A stretch of 63,287 nucleotides of DNA, filler included, from Octopus bimaculoides (GCF_001194135.2; 7 parts of 6 records of this genome joined end to end with filler, not necessarily neighbours in it); one strand, 5' to 3'; shown: positions 37,079 through 51,378, numbered from the whole stretch's first letter. Notes: generated from the letters alone by a model not told the origin. Numbers and translations: made by a program.

Positions 37079-38784
37079 TATCTTGGCCTACAATAATAGA
37101 AGCTTCTCCGTATAATACAATTACGCATGTATGTAAATTATGTATTAAAGAATCTATAAATATTCTCCGTCGCTATAACTGTACATTATTGAATGAATTC
37201 TCGATGGCTATGTATTCTTAGATACATACATACCATCCAACATTTAAGCATTTTGATCAGTCTGGATAGATTGATCATTAAACTCTATAATTAGTTACAT
37301 TCCACCTAATATTTATACTCGCACCCCCACTCACCTTGCTCTTATGGGATAATTACTTGCTTATAATCTACCAATTTTCTAAATTTACTTCCCATAATTC
37401 TCGCTATAATATTTCCTGTTCCTGCTAACACGTATAGCATTTTATAAAACCAAATACCCGTTTACTCATTATGACAGTATATGAGATGTGAATCCTTAAC
37501 TAATACATTATCCTTGATGAAGGAGGCAGTCTCTAAAATTTGGATAGAAGCATCCTTTAATTGTGTGGATTATTGTACCCTTGAAACGTCGGAGAATCAC
37601 CATTTAATTCTTGAAATTGGAGTAACGCCAGCTAATCATTGGAAACTTTACCTTCCGTATGAATGTTTAAACATTTCTTTATTCACCTTTACGCGAGGAT
37701 TTACACTTTTATTTTTAATGTATATTATCAATATCTCTTTAACAACGCTGTTATTCTGTAAGTAGGGCGATGTCTTCAATATACACCTTTTAAGACACTA
37801 ATATATTTTTTATACATCAATATAATTCTTCTGCCGATATATGTCTATTATATTTTTATATATTTATGTATTTATAAATTTCTAATATTTTTCTATATGT
37901 TAATTGGTGATACATTAAATATATTTTATTTGGTTTTATGGCTAAGCATATATTGTATCATTATTATATTCAATTTTATGATTGAGTATATGTTGTATTA
38001 TCATTCTAAATTGTTGAAACAGCCTGAATTCTCCTTATATATATATATATNNNNNNNNNNNNNNNNNNNNNNNNNNNNNNNNNNNNNNNNNNNNNNNNNN
38101 NNNNNNNNNNNNNNNNNNNNNNNNNNNNNNNNNNNNNNNNNNNNNNNNNNNNNNNNNNNNNNNNNNNNNNNNNNNNNNNNNNNNNNNNNNNNNNNNNNNN
38201 NNNNNNNNNNNNNNNNNNNNNNNNNNNNNNNNNNNNNNNNNNNNNNNNNNNNNNNNNNNNNNNNNNNNNNNNNNNNNNNNNNNNNNNNNNNNNNNACTAC
38301 CTTTAACAGGTAATTTTAAACGCTAGAAGAAGCAGTCAAAACGACCAAAACCAAATTGAAGAGAAATTTCAAAGGGAATGAAAAATATAAACTTTTACCT
38401 TGTTATTTTTGTATGGTTATACCTAGGTTTACGATATTTTTAGCAAGAGCAATTCAAACGAACGAATAAAAAGGGATAAAAGTACCTGCATAAAACAAGC
38501 ATTAATCTATACAAGTTGTATTCATTAAAGATTTCCCCTGACCCGCTTCTCAAGGAAACTGGTATAATTATGTGACCTCTGGACTGAAACAACTGTAAGA
38601 TATTATTCCAATTTCTATTACTATATGTTATATTTTTATAATTACTGATATAAGACATAATATGTCATATGTGTTTGTATATTGCTATAATTGTCCGCTT
38701 AATAAATAAACAAGTAAATTGACATAATATAATGTCTATTATTTGATGAAAATCACCTATTAATCCCCTCCATTTTCTTTTTAG

Positions 38785-38873
<89 letters not shown>

Positions 38874-38948
38874 NNNNNNNNNNNNNNNNAGTTAGCTTTT
38901 TTTATATTTCACGGTAGGCAACCGGAGTTGCCGGGTATGCGAATGAGA

Positions 38949-39000
<52 letters not shown>

Positions 39001-39691
39001 ACGTACATACAAACGCATATAACCACAAATGCCATTCCCAAATGATCACGGCACAGTAGCATGTACCACGTTTCGCAAATTGCTTTATTGTTTTAGGTGC
39101 CTATATTGTTCGGAGCAGACAAAGACGTACCTCTCAGCCCAGTGAACCATGCTTTCATTCGGCGAGACACATTAGCTGAAGTAGGAAACGTTCGTATCAC
39201 ACTTGGTGTTACTTGTATTCAGCTGAGTAGATTGGAGCATTGTTAATTTTAGCTAATTGTTCAGAGGTGCTACGCGCTAACTCATCCTCCAATTGAACAC
39301 ACAACCTTATGAACCTCAGACCAACATTTTAACCACTAGATCTTCTTACACTCACCCATGTACAAACATGCTTACACACACACATACGTAATCCCATCAA
39401 CGCACCACACGTTTAATTTCAGCAACTCTCCTGTTTATTTACATAACTGCTTGTATAATATTTTAATACATATTTGTGGTAACGTGCAGCTGGACTGCAT
39501 AATTAGTTCGTCACATAGAAATGCGATATATGTTTATATGTTGCATGGCTATACATACATACATACATACATACATACATACACAATCTTTATGTGTAAA
39601 TATGCGTATATATATAAATATATATATACTAACCTACATACACCCACACGCCACATAGTCTTGTCTTTTAGTTAGGTTAGGTTTCTCCAGC

Positions 39692-39723
<32 letters not shown>

Positions 39724-40144
39724 NNNNNNNNNNNNNNNNNNNNNNNNNNNNNNNNNNNNNNNNNNNNNNNNNNNNNNNNNNNNNNNNNNNNNNNNNNNNN
39801 NNNNNNNNNNNNNNNNNNNNNNNNNNNNNNNNNNNNNNNNNNNNNNNNNNNNNNNNNNNNNNNNNNNNNNNNNNNNNNNNNNNNNNNNNNNNNNNNNNNN
39901 NNNNNNNNNNNNNNNNNNNNNNNNNNNNNNNNNNNNNNNNNNNNNNNNNNNNNNNNNNNNNNNNNNNNNNNNNNNNNNNNNNNNNNNNNNNNNNNNNNNN
40001 NNNNNNNNNNNNNNNNNNNNNNNNNNNNNNNNNNNNNNNNNNNNNNNNNNNNNNNNNNNNNNNNNNNNNNNNNNNNNNNNNNNNNNNNNNNNNNNNNNNN
40101 NNNNNNNNNNNNNNNNNNNNNNNTATATAGTGAGAATTTACAAA

Positions 40145-40300
40145 AAACAAAAAACAAAAGACGAAGACGGGCGTGTAAACAACAAACGGATGTATTAGTT
40201 TAACACTCGGGAAATGAGAAAGTCTTACGTTTCGAGCCTACGCACTTCGACAGAAATGAACACAGAAATAAACAGGGAGAGAAAATAAAAAAAAGATTTA
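40145..40300 (-). mobile_element. Penelope-like terminal repeat fragment
   Basis: Homologous to 14470-14570; the minus strand carries a decayed hammerhead-like ...cgaag-gcgtaggctc-gaaacgt. Confidence 0.5.
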
Positions 40301-40344
40301 GTTGCTAGCCCACAAACACATACACATTCCTATATATATATATG

Positions 40345-40470
40345 TATAAGTAATGTGAAATGAAGTGTTTTGCTCAACAACAAAACTCATCGCTCTGTCT
40401 CGGAATTGAAACCGAAATCCTACGATTATGAGTTCATTCCCCTAACTGCTAAGCCACGCGCTTCCACGCT
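40345..40470 (-). mobile_element. family C SINE head (another decayed copy at ~39200-39345)
   Basis: Minus strand gcgcgtggcttagcagttaggg...tttcggtttcaattcc...ttgagcaaaacac. Confidence 0.65.
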
Positions 40471-41091
40471 TAGAGAACAATACTGTTCAGACCTGAACAC
40501 CTACTATCGTTGGTCTGTAAAAGAGCCAATACTAACCTCTTACTAGAAAACGAGCGCTTCTACGAGAAAATGACACTAGAATATCTCCGCGCCAATAAAA
40601 GAGCTTCAATTCCAATCGCACGACCCCTTTAAACATAGCCATTGATAAGGGATTGATAAGGTTGGAAATAACAGCGAAAGAACTTTTTGGCAAGCAAAAA
40701 CAAAACAATCGGATATTTAATAAATGAGTGGAATTGAACCAGCCAGTGTGTTTGTTACATTGGCATAAGTACTCATAACGACTCTCCCTAAACAACAAAA
40801 TAGCAGTAATTTTTTTTCGTAAATCAAACCATATCATCCTTAAAAAAAAATTACGATATCTTCCATGATGCAAAATCCTCGATATTTTATACTTGAAAGA
40901 AACGACGGATGAGTGTAGTAAACTCGATAAGGAGTTCATATGGTTAATCGACAAATAAATCTATAAGAATCAAAATATATACCAGCGTGTCAATCAAATA
41001 AATAGTTTTTTACTCATATTTTTTCTTCTGTAGACGTGCTGCTATCGGTACTATTTGCAGTGGAGTTCTTTCAGGGAGGAAAAATATCAAT

Positions 41092-41502
41092 TTCTTTCTT
41101 TGTTGCCCACAGGGGACTAAAAACAGAGGGAATAAACAAGTTCAGACAAAGGGATACCTCGACCCCAGTGCGTAACTGGTACTTATTCAATCGACCCTGA
41201 AAGGATGAAAGGCAAAATCGACCTCAGCAGAATTTGATCTCAGAACGGGCGAAATACTGATAAGTATTTTGCCCTGTGTACGAACGATTCTATTCTACTC
41301 TAGGCACAAGGCTCGAAATTTTGAGGGAGGGGGCCAATCGATTAGATCGACCTCAGTACGCAACTGGTACTTAATTTATGGACCCCGAAAAGATGAAAGG
41401 CAAAGTTGACCTCGGCGGAATTTGAACTCAAAACGTAAAGACAGACGAAATACCTCTAAGCATTTCTTCCGGCGTACTAATGATTTTGCCAGCACACCAC
41501 CT
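41092..41502 (-). mobile_element. family A SINE head-to-tail dimer
   Basis: Two units joined at 41287/41288 (minus strand ...gtagaatagaa|tcgttcgtacacaggg). Confidence 0.85.
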
Positions 41503-41849
41503 TATGGAGAAGAAAAAATATCATCTGAGCCAAAACTAGAGAGTTGGCAGTAATGATGGATAAACAATGTTTGAATGATGAATGCTAATTACAAGGGGCG
41601 GAGCCAGGATTATGGTTGCCGAGAGCGTAGCGGAATTTGAAAACAGGAAAGGATATCTAACAAAAACAAACAGTTATTCGAGTACAATATGATAAAATAC
41701 TGTATGAAATTTACCAGTGGGTTGGTGTTAGGTTTCTTCTTTGCTCTTTGCCGAACTTACCACAGATTTATGCTTCGTAACAAACTTTGCCGATTTCAAA
41801 ACATAATACGTTAACTTTGGTTTTCATTATTATTTTATTGAGGTAACTA

Positions 41850-42140
41850 TAGTATGCACTTGTTAACTGAAGCAACTGTTTGGTCCGGAAGAAGTGGTTG
41901 TGTCTATGACCTTTGCAGTTCAGTTTCTCACCCTTTTCTTGGCAACCAGTATGGTTTCCGTAGATCTACATCTGATGGAGTCTCATATGTAAGTAGTGGG
42001 CCCACGCCACTAGGAATTTCGGTGTCAGTTGGTAAAGTTTTTACAGTTGACATCAACTAAGTTGCACACTAATGATCTAAATTCGTCTTACATTTCCTTT
42101 ATTGAAAGCTTTCTGTCGGACGTACTTGAGTATGAGCTTA
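41850..42140 (+). mobile_element. decayed CR1/Jockey-group reverse transcriptase fragment
   Basis: Translation FLGNQYGFRRSTSDGVSYV resembles the QYGFR..RST RT motif, followed by VDIN* (cf. LDISKAFD); many stops. Confidence 0.45.
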
Positions 42141-43743
42141 TCTACTTTCACGTAGATGAAATTTGATAGCTTCATGAGACGTAGAGAGAGAGAATGTGTT
42201 TGCAGAGAGTCGAAATCGGTGATGGTAAGGTCTACCTATCGAATTACAAAGAGGGTGCTGAACACTTACCAACCGGGAAATTTCATACAAAAGTTTTTCG
42301 AAGGTTTTCAGGTAACTATTCAGTCTCGTTACCCTTTTTTTGTTTCCAAATTTCGCACAACCATAATTTTGGTCCCTTCTAATTAGTATTAATCATTACA
42401 AATACAAATGCAATCCACCAGACGGGTTTCCACACAGTTTCTTTCTCTCCCAAATCACTCACAACTAATGGAACGACTTGATGTACCAAAATGAACAACA
42501 AGCAACGTTAACATCCTCGATAAGATACGAACTCAAAACCTAAAGATAATCAACTAAATTTCGATACTTCAGCATCCAAAACGCTGGAAACCAGTAAATA
42601 AATAAATGAATACATAAAATTTATCATTCTNNNNNNNNNNNNNNNNNNNNNNNNNNNNNNNNNNNNNNNNNNNNNNNNNNNNNNNNNNNNNNNNNNNNNN
42701 NNNNNNNNNNNNNNNNNNNNNNNNNNNNNNNNNNNNNNNNNNNNNNNNNNNNNNNNNNNNNNNNNNNNNNNNNNNNNNNNNNNNNNNNNNNNNNNNNNNN
42801 NNNNNNNNNNNNNNNNNNNNNNNNNNNNNNNNNNNNNNNNNNNNNNNNNNNNNNNNNNNNNNNNNNNNNNNNNNNNNNNNNNNNNNNNNNNNNNNNNNNN
42901 NNNNNNNNNNNNNNNNNNNNNNNNNNNNNNNNNNNNNNNNNNNNNNNNNNNNNNNNNNNNNNNNNNNNNNNNNNNNNNNNNNNNNNNNNNNNNNNNNNNN
43001 NNNNNNNNNNNNNNNNNNNNNNNNNNNNNNNNNNNNNNNNNNNNNNNNNNNNNNNNNNNNNNNNNNNNNNNNNNNNNNNNNNNNNNNNNNNNNNNNNNNN
43101 NNNNNNNNNNNNNNNNNNNNNNNNNNNNNNNNNNNNNNNNNNNNNNNNNNNNNNNNNNNNNNNNNNNNNNNNNNNNNNNNNNNNNNNNNNNNNNNNNNNN
43201 NNNNNNNNNNNNNNNNNNNNNNNNNNNNNNNNNNNNNNNNNNNNNNNNNNNNNNNNNNNNNNNNNNNNNNNNNNNNNNNNNNNNNNNNNNNNNNNNNNNN
43301 NNNNNNNNNNNNNNNNNNNNNNNNNNNNNNNNNNNNNNNNNNNNNNNNNNNNNNNNNNNNNNNNNNNNNNNNNNNNNNNNNNNNNNNNNNNNNNNNNTAT
43401 ATATGTATTATGTATGTATGTATGCATGTATCTGTAAGATGTATGCGTGCGTGCGCTTGTGTACTTCTTCAAGAATAATTCGTTTCCCAAAAAATTATTC
43501 CCTTATTTTCTTCAAACTTTGCATGTAAATGTCAAATAAAAATAAAGTTCATTCTCACAAACAACACAAACACACACACACACACACGCACACACACGCA
43601 TACATACATACACATAAAACCCCTATGTGCACTCACGCAAGTACACCACATGTATAATTACTTTTTAAAGATTATGCTTGCATATGTAAGCGCACCAAAA
43701 TGTGTTCACTTATTAACACATGTATGCACGCACATACATTACG

Positions 43744-43796
<53 letters not shown>

Positions 43797-43946
43797 CATT
43801 ACACATACACACACACACACGTATATATATATATATNNNNNNNNNNNNNNNNNNNNNNNNNNNNNNNNNNNNNNNNNNNNTTAATTAATTAANNNNNNNN
43901 NNNNNNNNNNNNNNNNNNNNNNNNNNNNNNNNNNNNATATAGATAA

Positions 43947-44013
<67 letters not shown>

Positions 44014-44041
44014 TACATACATATACATATATATATGTGTA

Positions 44042-44072
<31 letters not shown>

Positions 44073-44084
44073 ATGTACATCTTT

Positions 44085-44455
44085 TTATCTTTTATGTTTT
44101 ACTTGTTTCAGCCCTAAGGCTATGGACATGCTGAGGCACTGCCTTGAGGAATTTTAGTCTAGCTAATTGAACCCAATACGTATTTTATATTTTTAAAACC
44201 TGGTACTTATTCTATCGGTCTGTTTTGCTAAACCGCGAAGTTACAGAGACGTAAACACACGAACAGCAGTCGTCAAAGTGGTGGTGGTGGTGGTGGGGGG
44301 AACAAACACACACACAAATACACACACACATACGATGAGCTTCTTTCAGTTTCCGCCTACCAAATCCGCTCACAATGTTTTGGTTGACCCGGAGTGGAAG
44401 TGAACCCAGAGCCATGTGTTTGGGAAGCAAGTTTCTTACCGCACAGTCATATGTA
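44085..44455 (-). mobile_element. family B SINE (composite or internally deleted)
   Basis: Tail, (CA)n and head motifs on the minus strand. Confidence 0.75.
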
Positions 44456-44911
44456 TATATATGTGTGTGTGCGTGTGTGTGTGTGCGCGTTCGCGCGTGT
44501 ATGTTTATTTATACGTAATACATACATACATACATACATACATACATACATACATACATACATACACTTACTGATGTTCTAAAATGTTCGACAAATTACC
44601 ATTGGATTTAGGGCTCTATTTTCCATCGACATTAAACTTCTGTTCTCGTATGATGTATCCTATAAAACGGCATGATTGCAGATTCGAACTAAAGCTATAC
44701 ATTAGTAGCGAGAGCCACATGTAGTTGAAAATAAAGCGAAATAAAGTTATTGATACTTCGAATATTTCATTACCAACCTATCGAAATATTTCTTTATCTT
44801 CCATCTGACGAAATGTATGATTGATTGATTTAAGATTATTTAAACGTGCATAGTGAAATGTTCGAAATATCAATAATTTCTTTTGTTTACATCACTTGTG
44901 TGTATGTGCTT

Positions 44912-44949
<38 letters not shown>

Positions 44950-46629
44950 ATATACAAACATGCTCGCATGCACACATCCGCACACACGCATTTATTTTTT
45001 CATGCATCTTTAATGCAACAATTGCTCACATTATCCTAGAGTTACTGGGTGTTTCGAATCACGCAGTATTTCCTGTAGAAGTTACAAATCTCCTTGGGAA
45101 ATGTTAATTCTTTTACTAATATATTTTCATATTTGCTATAAAGTCGTACAACAAAGTATTCTCTAGATTTCAGCCAATATTGTGTGTAACAATAAGTAAC
45201 CATCTTGTCCCTCTATTTACGATATGTCCTTTGTCAGAAAAAAGGTCAGCCTGAATAGTTTCTGTAACTGTGTATCCTCTATAACTGTTCCCAAATATAC
45301 TGCCTACAAATCCATTATTATGGATGGCGTTGGGGTGTTACTTAAATCAGATAGATTGACATGTGTTCTTGGCAATTAGTCGGAATAATAAATTTTTGGC
45401 GAGCTAACAGCCTTGCTTTCATTTCTAGTACTAGTTTGTGTTACGGTAAATTTTAGTGAACTATTTGTAATGGAAATACATTAACACTTTGTTCCTATAT
45501 ACGAGATCTTTGTTGATAACATAAAAAAAGGATGACGCTCGTTTACTGATATGATCCTGTTACAGTGTTGAAATTTTTCTGGCTGACTCCTGTTTTTCTG
45601 TCCACGAAAATATTTTATATTAAATACGATGTTACGTAAGTTTCTTGCATACGTACAGTGTGGGCTAATATTTATAGATACACTCTAAATATTATATAAT
45701 AATCATTGACTTGAAGCCTGAACTCAATGGTGGAAGCGCAGTGGTGTCACCGTGACATACGGCGTGTCTTAGGCACACTTAGATCTAATAGAGACGATTT
45801 TTCTCAGAGTCTGACAACAGCCGATGTCTTCGAGAAATAAAAATACAGGTGGGAATGGTACTTTATTTATCGACCCTCGAAGGACGAAAGGAAAATTTAG
45901 CCTGGGTAGGTTTTAAACACAAAGCGCAGAGAGCCTGGGTAATTACCACTTTAATGACTCTACCATTAGTCGTACAGTAATATCATTAAATCAAAACACT
46001 GTTAGTTTAATTTCAAAGTTGTGTTTATGAAGCATAACCATTTCTGAATTACAATTGTATTCAAATACGGTGAGTACTGTTAAAAGGATGTGGAGATAAA
46101 GTTCCATAAAAAGCTAGTTTCCTGGAGATAGCTTGGCATTCCCATTCGTCGTTGTCATCATCGCCGTTGGAAGAGAAGGACTCGGAACTTCAGTTCTTCA
46201 GTTCTTCTAGCGGAACCTATTTGCAACTATGTATACGGGACTACGTTGTTGAGAAGTAAAGTGACTAACGGTATGAAAATAAGCATCAGTTACATGAAAT
46301 AAACTGCCATATCCTGTCGGTTGACTATTTTGGAACTCTTATAAGCCGGCCATCATTGCTCAGTGGGACGTCATGCTGTATGGTTTACGTTATCAACACC
46401 GGAAGTGTAAAAAGCGAGATCAACCAATATAAGATTTGGATTTAGATTTAGAAAAATAGATAGTTAAAGTAAATTCAAAGTGGCTCGTTTGTTCGAGGGA
46501 AAGAGGTCGAGAAGGCCATAAACGTTTTTGGCTTTTATTTTCTTTTTTTTCAGTTTGGCTTCTATTTTCTTTTTTCCATTTTTTTTTGTTATTTAACTTA
46601 ATTTCTAATTTTAGGTACAAGGAAGTAAT

Positions 46630-46667
<38 letters not shown>

Positions 46668-46905
46668 GTAAAATTTATTAATGAGGGTAGAAATTGATAT
46701 TAATCAATTAAAACCAGTGGTCTAGCATATTAAAAAAATCCGAGGATTAAAATTATATTACATACAAAAATAAGAGGAATGACCAGCAAATGTGAGTTCC
46801 TANNNNNNNNNNNNNNNNNNNNNNNNNNNNNNNNNNNNNNNNNNNNTTAATTAATTAANNNNNNNNNNNNNNNNNNNNNNNNNNNNNNNNNNNNNNNNNN
46901 NNGTG

Positions 46906-46983
<78 letters not shown>

Positions 46984-47006
46984 TGTATGTATGTATGTAC
47001 AGTATA

Positions 47007-47418
47007 TACAGTAATCCCTCACTATATCGCGGTTCACCTATCATGCACTCAGTAAATTGCGGATTTTTCTGGCTAATATATGTAAATTTATAGCGCAGTC
47101 TCCTCAGTATATCGCGGGTTTCTGCGGCCGATAGGTATTCATATTTTTTTAGATTTTAATTATTTCTGTGGTAAAATAAGCATTTTCATGCCTAAAAATT
47201 AATAAACTAATCAATAGAAATAGAGTACAGTACTGCACTGTATAACACGTTAATTAAAATATATTAAAAGAAAATATGTAGTGTACTGTAGATGAGGAAA
47301 CAAAGAATTGCACGCACACTGCATAGAAAACGAAACTCGGGAGGCTAATGTGTGGTGTTGTTTTGCATTTATGATAAAATAAATATATACAAATTATAAA
47401 TTTTTTTTTTAAATATAT
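47007..47418 (+). mobile_element. Tigger/pogo-like element left end, running into a gap
   Basis: TA followed by cagtaatccctcactatatcgcggttcacct; internal repeat cctcagtatatcgcgg. Confidence 0.55.
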
Positions 47419-48074
47419 NNNNNNNNNNNNNNNNNNNNNNNNNNNNNNNNNNNNNNNNNNNNNNNNNNNNNNNNNNNNNNNNNNNNNNNNNNNNNNNNNN
47501 NNNNNNNNNNNNNNNNNNNNNNNNNNNNNNNNNNNNNNNNNNNNNNNNNNNNNNNNNNNNNNNNNNNNNNNNNNNNNNNNNNNNNNNNNNNNNNNNNNNN
47601 NNNNNNNNNNNNNNNNNNNNNNNNNNNNNNNNNNNNNNNNNNNNNNNNNNNNNNNNNNNNNNNNNNNNNNNNNNNNNNNNNNNNNNNNNNNNNNNNNNNN
47701 NNNNNNNNNNNNNNNNNNNNNNNNNNNNNNNNNNNNNNNNNNNNNNNNNNNNNNNNNNNNNNNNNNNNNNNNNNNNNNNNNNNNNNNNNNNNNNNNNNNN
47801 NNNNNNNNNNNNNNNNNNNNNNNNNNNNNNNNNNNNNNNNNNNNNNNNNNNNNNNNNNNNNNNNNNNNNNNNNNNNNNNNNNNNNNNNNNNNNNNNNNNN
47901 NNNNNNNNNNNNNTATATATATATATATATATATGTATGTATTATATGTATTTATTTTCTCCTAATTAATAAATAACTCGGACAAAATAAATTGGTTAAT
48001 ACCAGGGTAGCAATTTATGTATGTATGTATGTATGTATGTATGTATGTATGTATGTATGTGTGTGTGTATATGT

Positions 48075-48430
48075 TTGTATGCCTGTGTTCCCCCCCACCA
48101 CCACCACTACCACTACTATCGCTTGACAACCGATGTTGGCGTGCTTACCTCCCTGTAAAAGAGACCGATAGGATAAGTATTAGGTTTACAAAAAATAAGT
48201 CTTCCGGTCGATTTGTTCGTCTAAAGGTGGTGCACTAGCATGGCCGCAGTCAAATGACTGAAACAAATAAAAGAATAAAAGAATATGATATATATATATA
48301 TATATAATAAATCTCTGTATGTATATGTGTGTGTATATATGTATATATATATTCGTGTGTGTAAATTCTTCAAGGCGGTGCCCAAGCATGGCCGCAGTCT
48401 AATGACTAAAGCAAGTAAAAGAATGAAGGA
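48075..48430 (+). mobile_element. family B SINE tails (two)
   Basis: ccccccaccacc...cttgacaaccgatgttgg...cagcatggccgcagtcaaatgactgaaac; second tail 48360-48430. Confidence 0.8.
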
Positions 48431-48758
48431 ATGTGTTTGTTGGGGGGTACATAAAGATATGGCTAAATCTAACATGAGGACGCTGGAAGAGCCAAACCTC
48501 AGTAGCTGAGAACAATGGAGAACATTTCCCTTCGGAAACTATGACTCTGGACATTTCATAAGGAGAGACATCGTACGTTCTCGACGTACTAAGGCTCACA
48601 CACAAACGCGCACGTACGCGCACACGCACACAAGCTCGCACACCTATATATGCAGACACGTACGCACATGCAAGCACAACATATTCGCGTGTCGCAGTGT
48701 CTATAAACACATATATAGGGCATATGCATATACATACACACACACACACACACACACC

Positions 48759-48816
<58 letters not shown>

Positions 48817-49088
48817 NNNNNNNNNNNNNNNNNNNNNNNNNNNNNNNNNNNNNNNNNNNNNNNNNNNNNNNNNNNNNNNNNNNNNNNNNNNNNNNNNNNN
48901 NNNNNNNNNNNNNNNNNNNNNNNNNNNNNNNNNNNNNNNNNNNNNNNNNNNNNNNNNNNNNNNNNNNNNNNNNNNNNNNNNNNNNNNNNNNNNNNNNNNN
49001 NNNNNNNNNNNNNNNNNNNNNNNNNNNNNNNNNNNNNNNNNNNNNNNNNNNNNNNNNNNNNNNNNNNNNNNNNNNNNNNNNNNNNNNN

Positions 49089-49125
<37 letters not shown>

Positions 49126-49643
49126 CATCACACATATATGAAGTGTAACTACCAATACACGCATGAGTTAAATTTCCAGAGTCTTAAGAGATGGAGTCAA
49201 TATAATGTTACCTAATGGAAAGTCCGTATGGCTTAGTTGTTGTAATGTACCAAGCAATTTACTACATGAGTGGTTCGTTTCTCGTCACGACCACTACGAG
49301 ATAACCGTGACTAAACTCCCACCGACCTTCATATACTTAGCTTTAAATACTTTAGTATAACTTTAATAGTTTGTCAGATTCCCGTTTCGAACTCAATTCT
49401 ACCTGAATAATATGCGTAAACAACCTGCGACATACCAAACTACATTTTTATACAAATTGATCAGATAGTGGTTTCGGTGAGATAATGACCGTGGTAGATG
49501 GCAATTTTCATGCTATCGTTTTATCATACGGATAATTAGATTTATATATCCTTCTGTATCTGATGAGCAAAGGTTTTATTTGTTGTTTTTTTTTCTTGTT
49601 GTTTTTTTTACCAAATTTCAGATCAATATTACCATTAAGATTA

Positions 49644-49870
49644 AAGCGACGAACTGGCAGAATCGTTAGCACGCCGGGCAAAATGCTTCGGAGCATTTCG
49701 TCCGCTTTTATGTTCTGACTTCTAATTCCGCCGAGGCCGACTTTGCCTTTCATTTTATTCGGGGTCGATAAAAATCAATACCAGTTGAGCACTGGGATTG
49801 ATGTAATCGACTTACCCCCTCCTCCGAAAATCCTGTCTTTCTGCCAAAATTAAAACCGATATTACTATTA
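49644..49870 (+). mobile_element. family A SINE
   Basis: gcgacgaactggcagaatcgttagcacgccgggcaaaatgc...ccagttgagcactggg...gccaaaattaaaacc. Confidence 0.85.
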
Positions 49871-50209
49871 TGGTTATACAATTCTGCACTGTAGACTTCA
49901 CGTTTAGAATCCATATATGTATGCGTTGTGTGTGCGTGCATGCGTGTATGTATGCATGTATGCATGTATGTATGTATGCATGAATGCATGTATGCATGTA
50001 TGCCTGTATGTATTTATGTAGGTAGGTAGGCAGGTAGGTAGGTAGGTAGGTTGGTATGGATTTGTGAGAATATACACATATTGGCTACTTGTTTCTCTAG
50101 GATTGGTCAAATTAATGCAGACACCTGATGAGAGCCCAATAACGTTCAAAATCAATTAAGGCGGTTCATCATTTTTTTTTCAATCTACGGAAAAATAGCT
50201 AAGTAACAG

Positions 50210-50265
<56 letters not shown>

Positions 50266-50864
50266 GTATGCACACACACACACACACATCCATACACACA
50301 CCTATATGTGTGAGTGTGTATACATGTATACATGTATTTATTCATACGCATCGTACACACGCATGCATACTCTCTCCTCTATCTCGCTGTCTCTTTCTTT
50401 CTCTCTGTCTCACACGCACACTCACACACACACATACACACACACATACACAAAGTAAACATGAAACTGAACAGGAAACATTGAAAGACATACCAACATT
50501 ATCGGTATACTTCCATCAAATTCTTATTCTGCAATTATAAGTGGCATGTGTATATATGTATCGTCGTGTTTAAAGGGTTTCTTTTTTACTCTCTTTCAAA
50601 ATGGATTTTATTTGATAGATTTGGCATATGATGTTTTCTCTATTATTAGGCTGTACAGTTCCGAAGTCCCTTGGGATATATATATTTTGGCAACTTCAGT
50701 CTGTTGACCCAGAAAGTGTAATGTTCTTAAAGATACTCGCTTTTATTTTATTTTACTTATTTATCTATTTATTTATTTCGATTTGGAAATTGGCCATAGT
50801 CAATGAGAATCACCAAACTTTTCTGCAAGGATACAAAAATTAAAATAATAACACTAAAATCAGA

Positions 50865-51010
50865 TATGAGATGAACGTAAGCATTGATACGTAGTCAAGG
50901 ATCTCGCTGTGGTAACAACTTCGTTCCTAGTTCGTTCCACATTTGCGGCACCATTGAATGGTAGTGTCTTATATAGAGAACCTTGTCGAGCAGAGATATT
51001 TTAATGGTAT
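50865..51010 (-). mobile_element. possible decayed CR1-type LINE C-terminus
   Basis: Minus-strand IRHYHSMVPQMWNEL resembles the CR1/L2 C-terminal ...SF.PR....WN.LP motif. Confidence 0.3.
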
Positions 51011-51378
51011 TTGGTAGACCAAAAGTAAGGGAAAGCCAATCAGGTGAATTGGAAATTTCTCCCCGTTTTGGCCATGGGGATGCAACACCTTCTACGTTAG
51101 TGGGCTTTGCTTTTTGTCTTCCCTCGACGTCATTTAAATAAGTATCCGAGACGCTAAGGGAGTTGATAGAAAGGACTACAAATTTCGGACGTGATGCTCC
51201 AGCATTGCCATTATCCAAAGTCTAATGACTGAGACTAATAAAAGAATGGTAGAATAAAAATTTATATGATGGAACAGTAATAGCGTGGTTATGGTATACA
51301 AATATATGTCGACACTTGAACACATGCACAGTTACACATGCATTTACATGTATACATAATAAAGATATTTTCTTTACT

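Noticed and set aside
38486-38592. Minus-strand 107-nt open exon candidate (LFQSRGHIIIPVSLRSGSGE...)
   Set aside because: Weak donor (GTACTT), and its phase is incompatible with the next candidate.
38906-38925. GGCAAC-CGGA-GTTGCC hairpin resembling a Helitron 3' end
   Set aside because: No downstream CTAG and no identifiable 5' end.
40215-40260. Hammerhead in the 40.2 kb Penelope-like end (minus strand)
   Set aside because: The core is degenerate (no CUGANGA); kept only as a repeat feature.
42250-42400. Possible third mariner 3' end (gagggtgctgaa...)
   Set aside because: Similarity too weak to support by eye.
44572-44659. Minus-strand AG...GTAAGT pair
   Set aside because: Stops in all frames, and the donor abuts a microsatellite.
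50121-50170. CTGATGA-gagc...gttc-AAAA hammerhead-like remnant
   Set aside because: G12 is lost, and stems I and III cannot be formed consistently.
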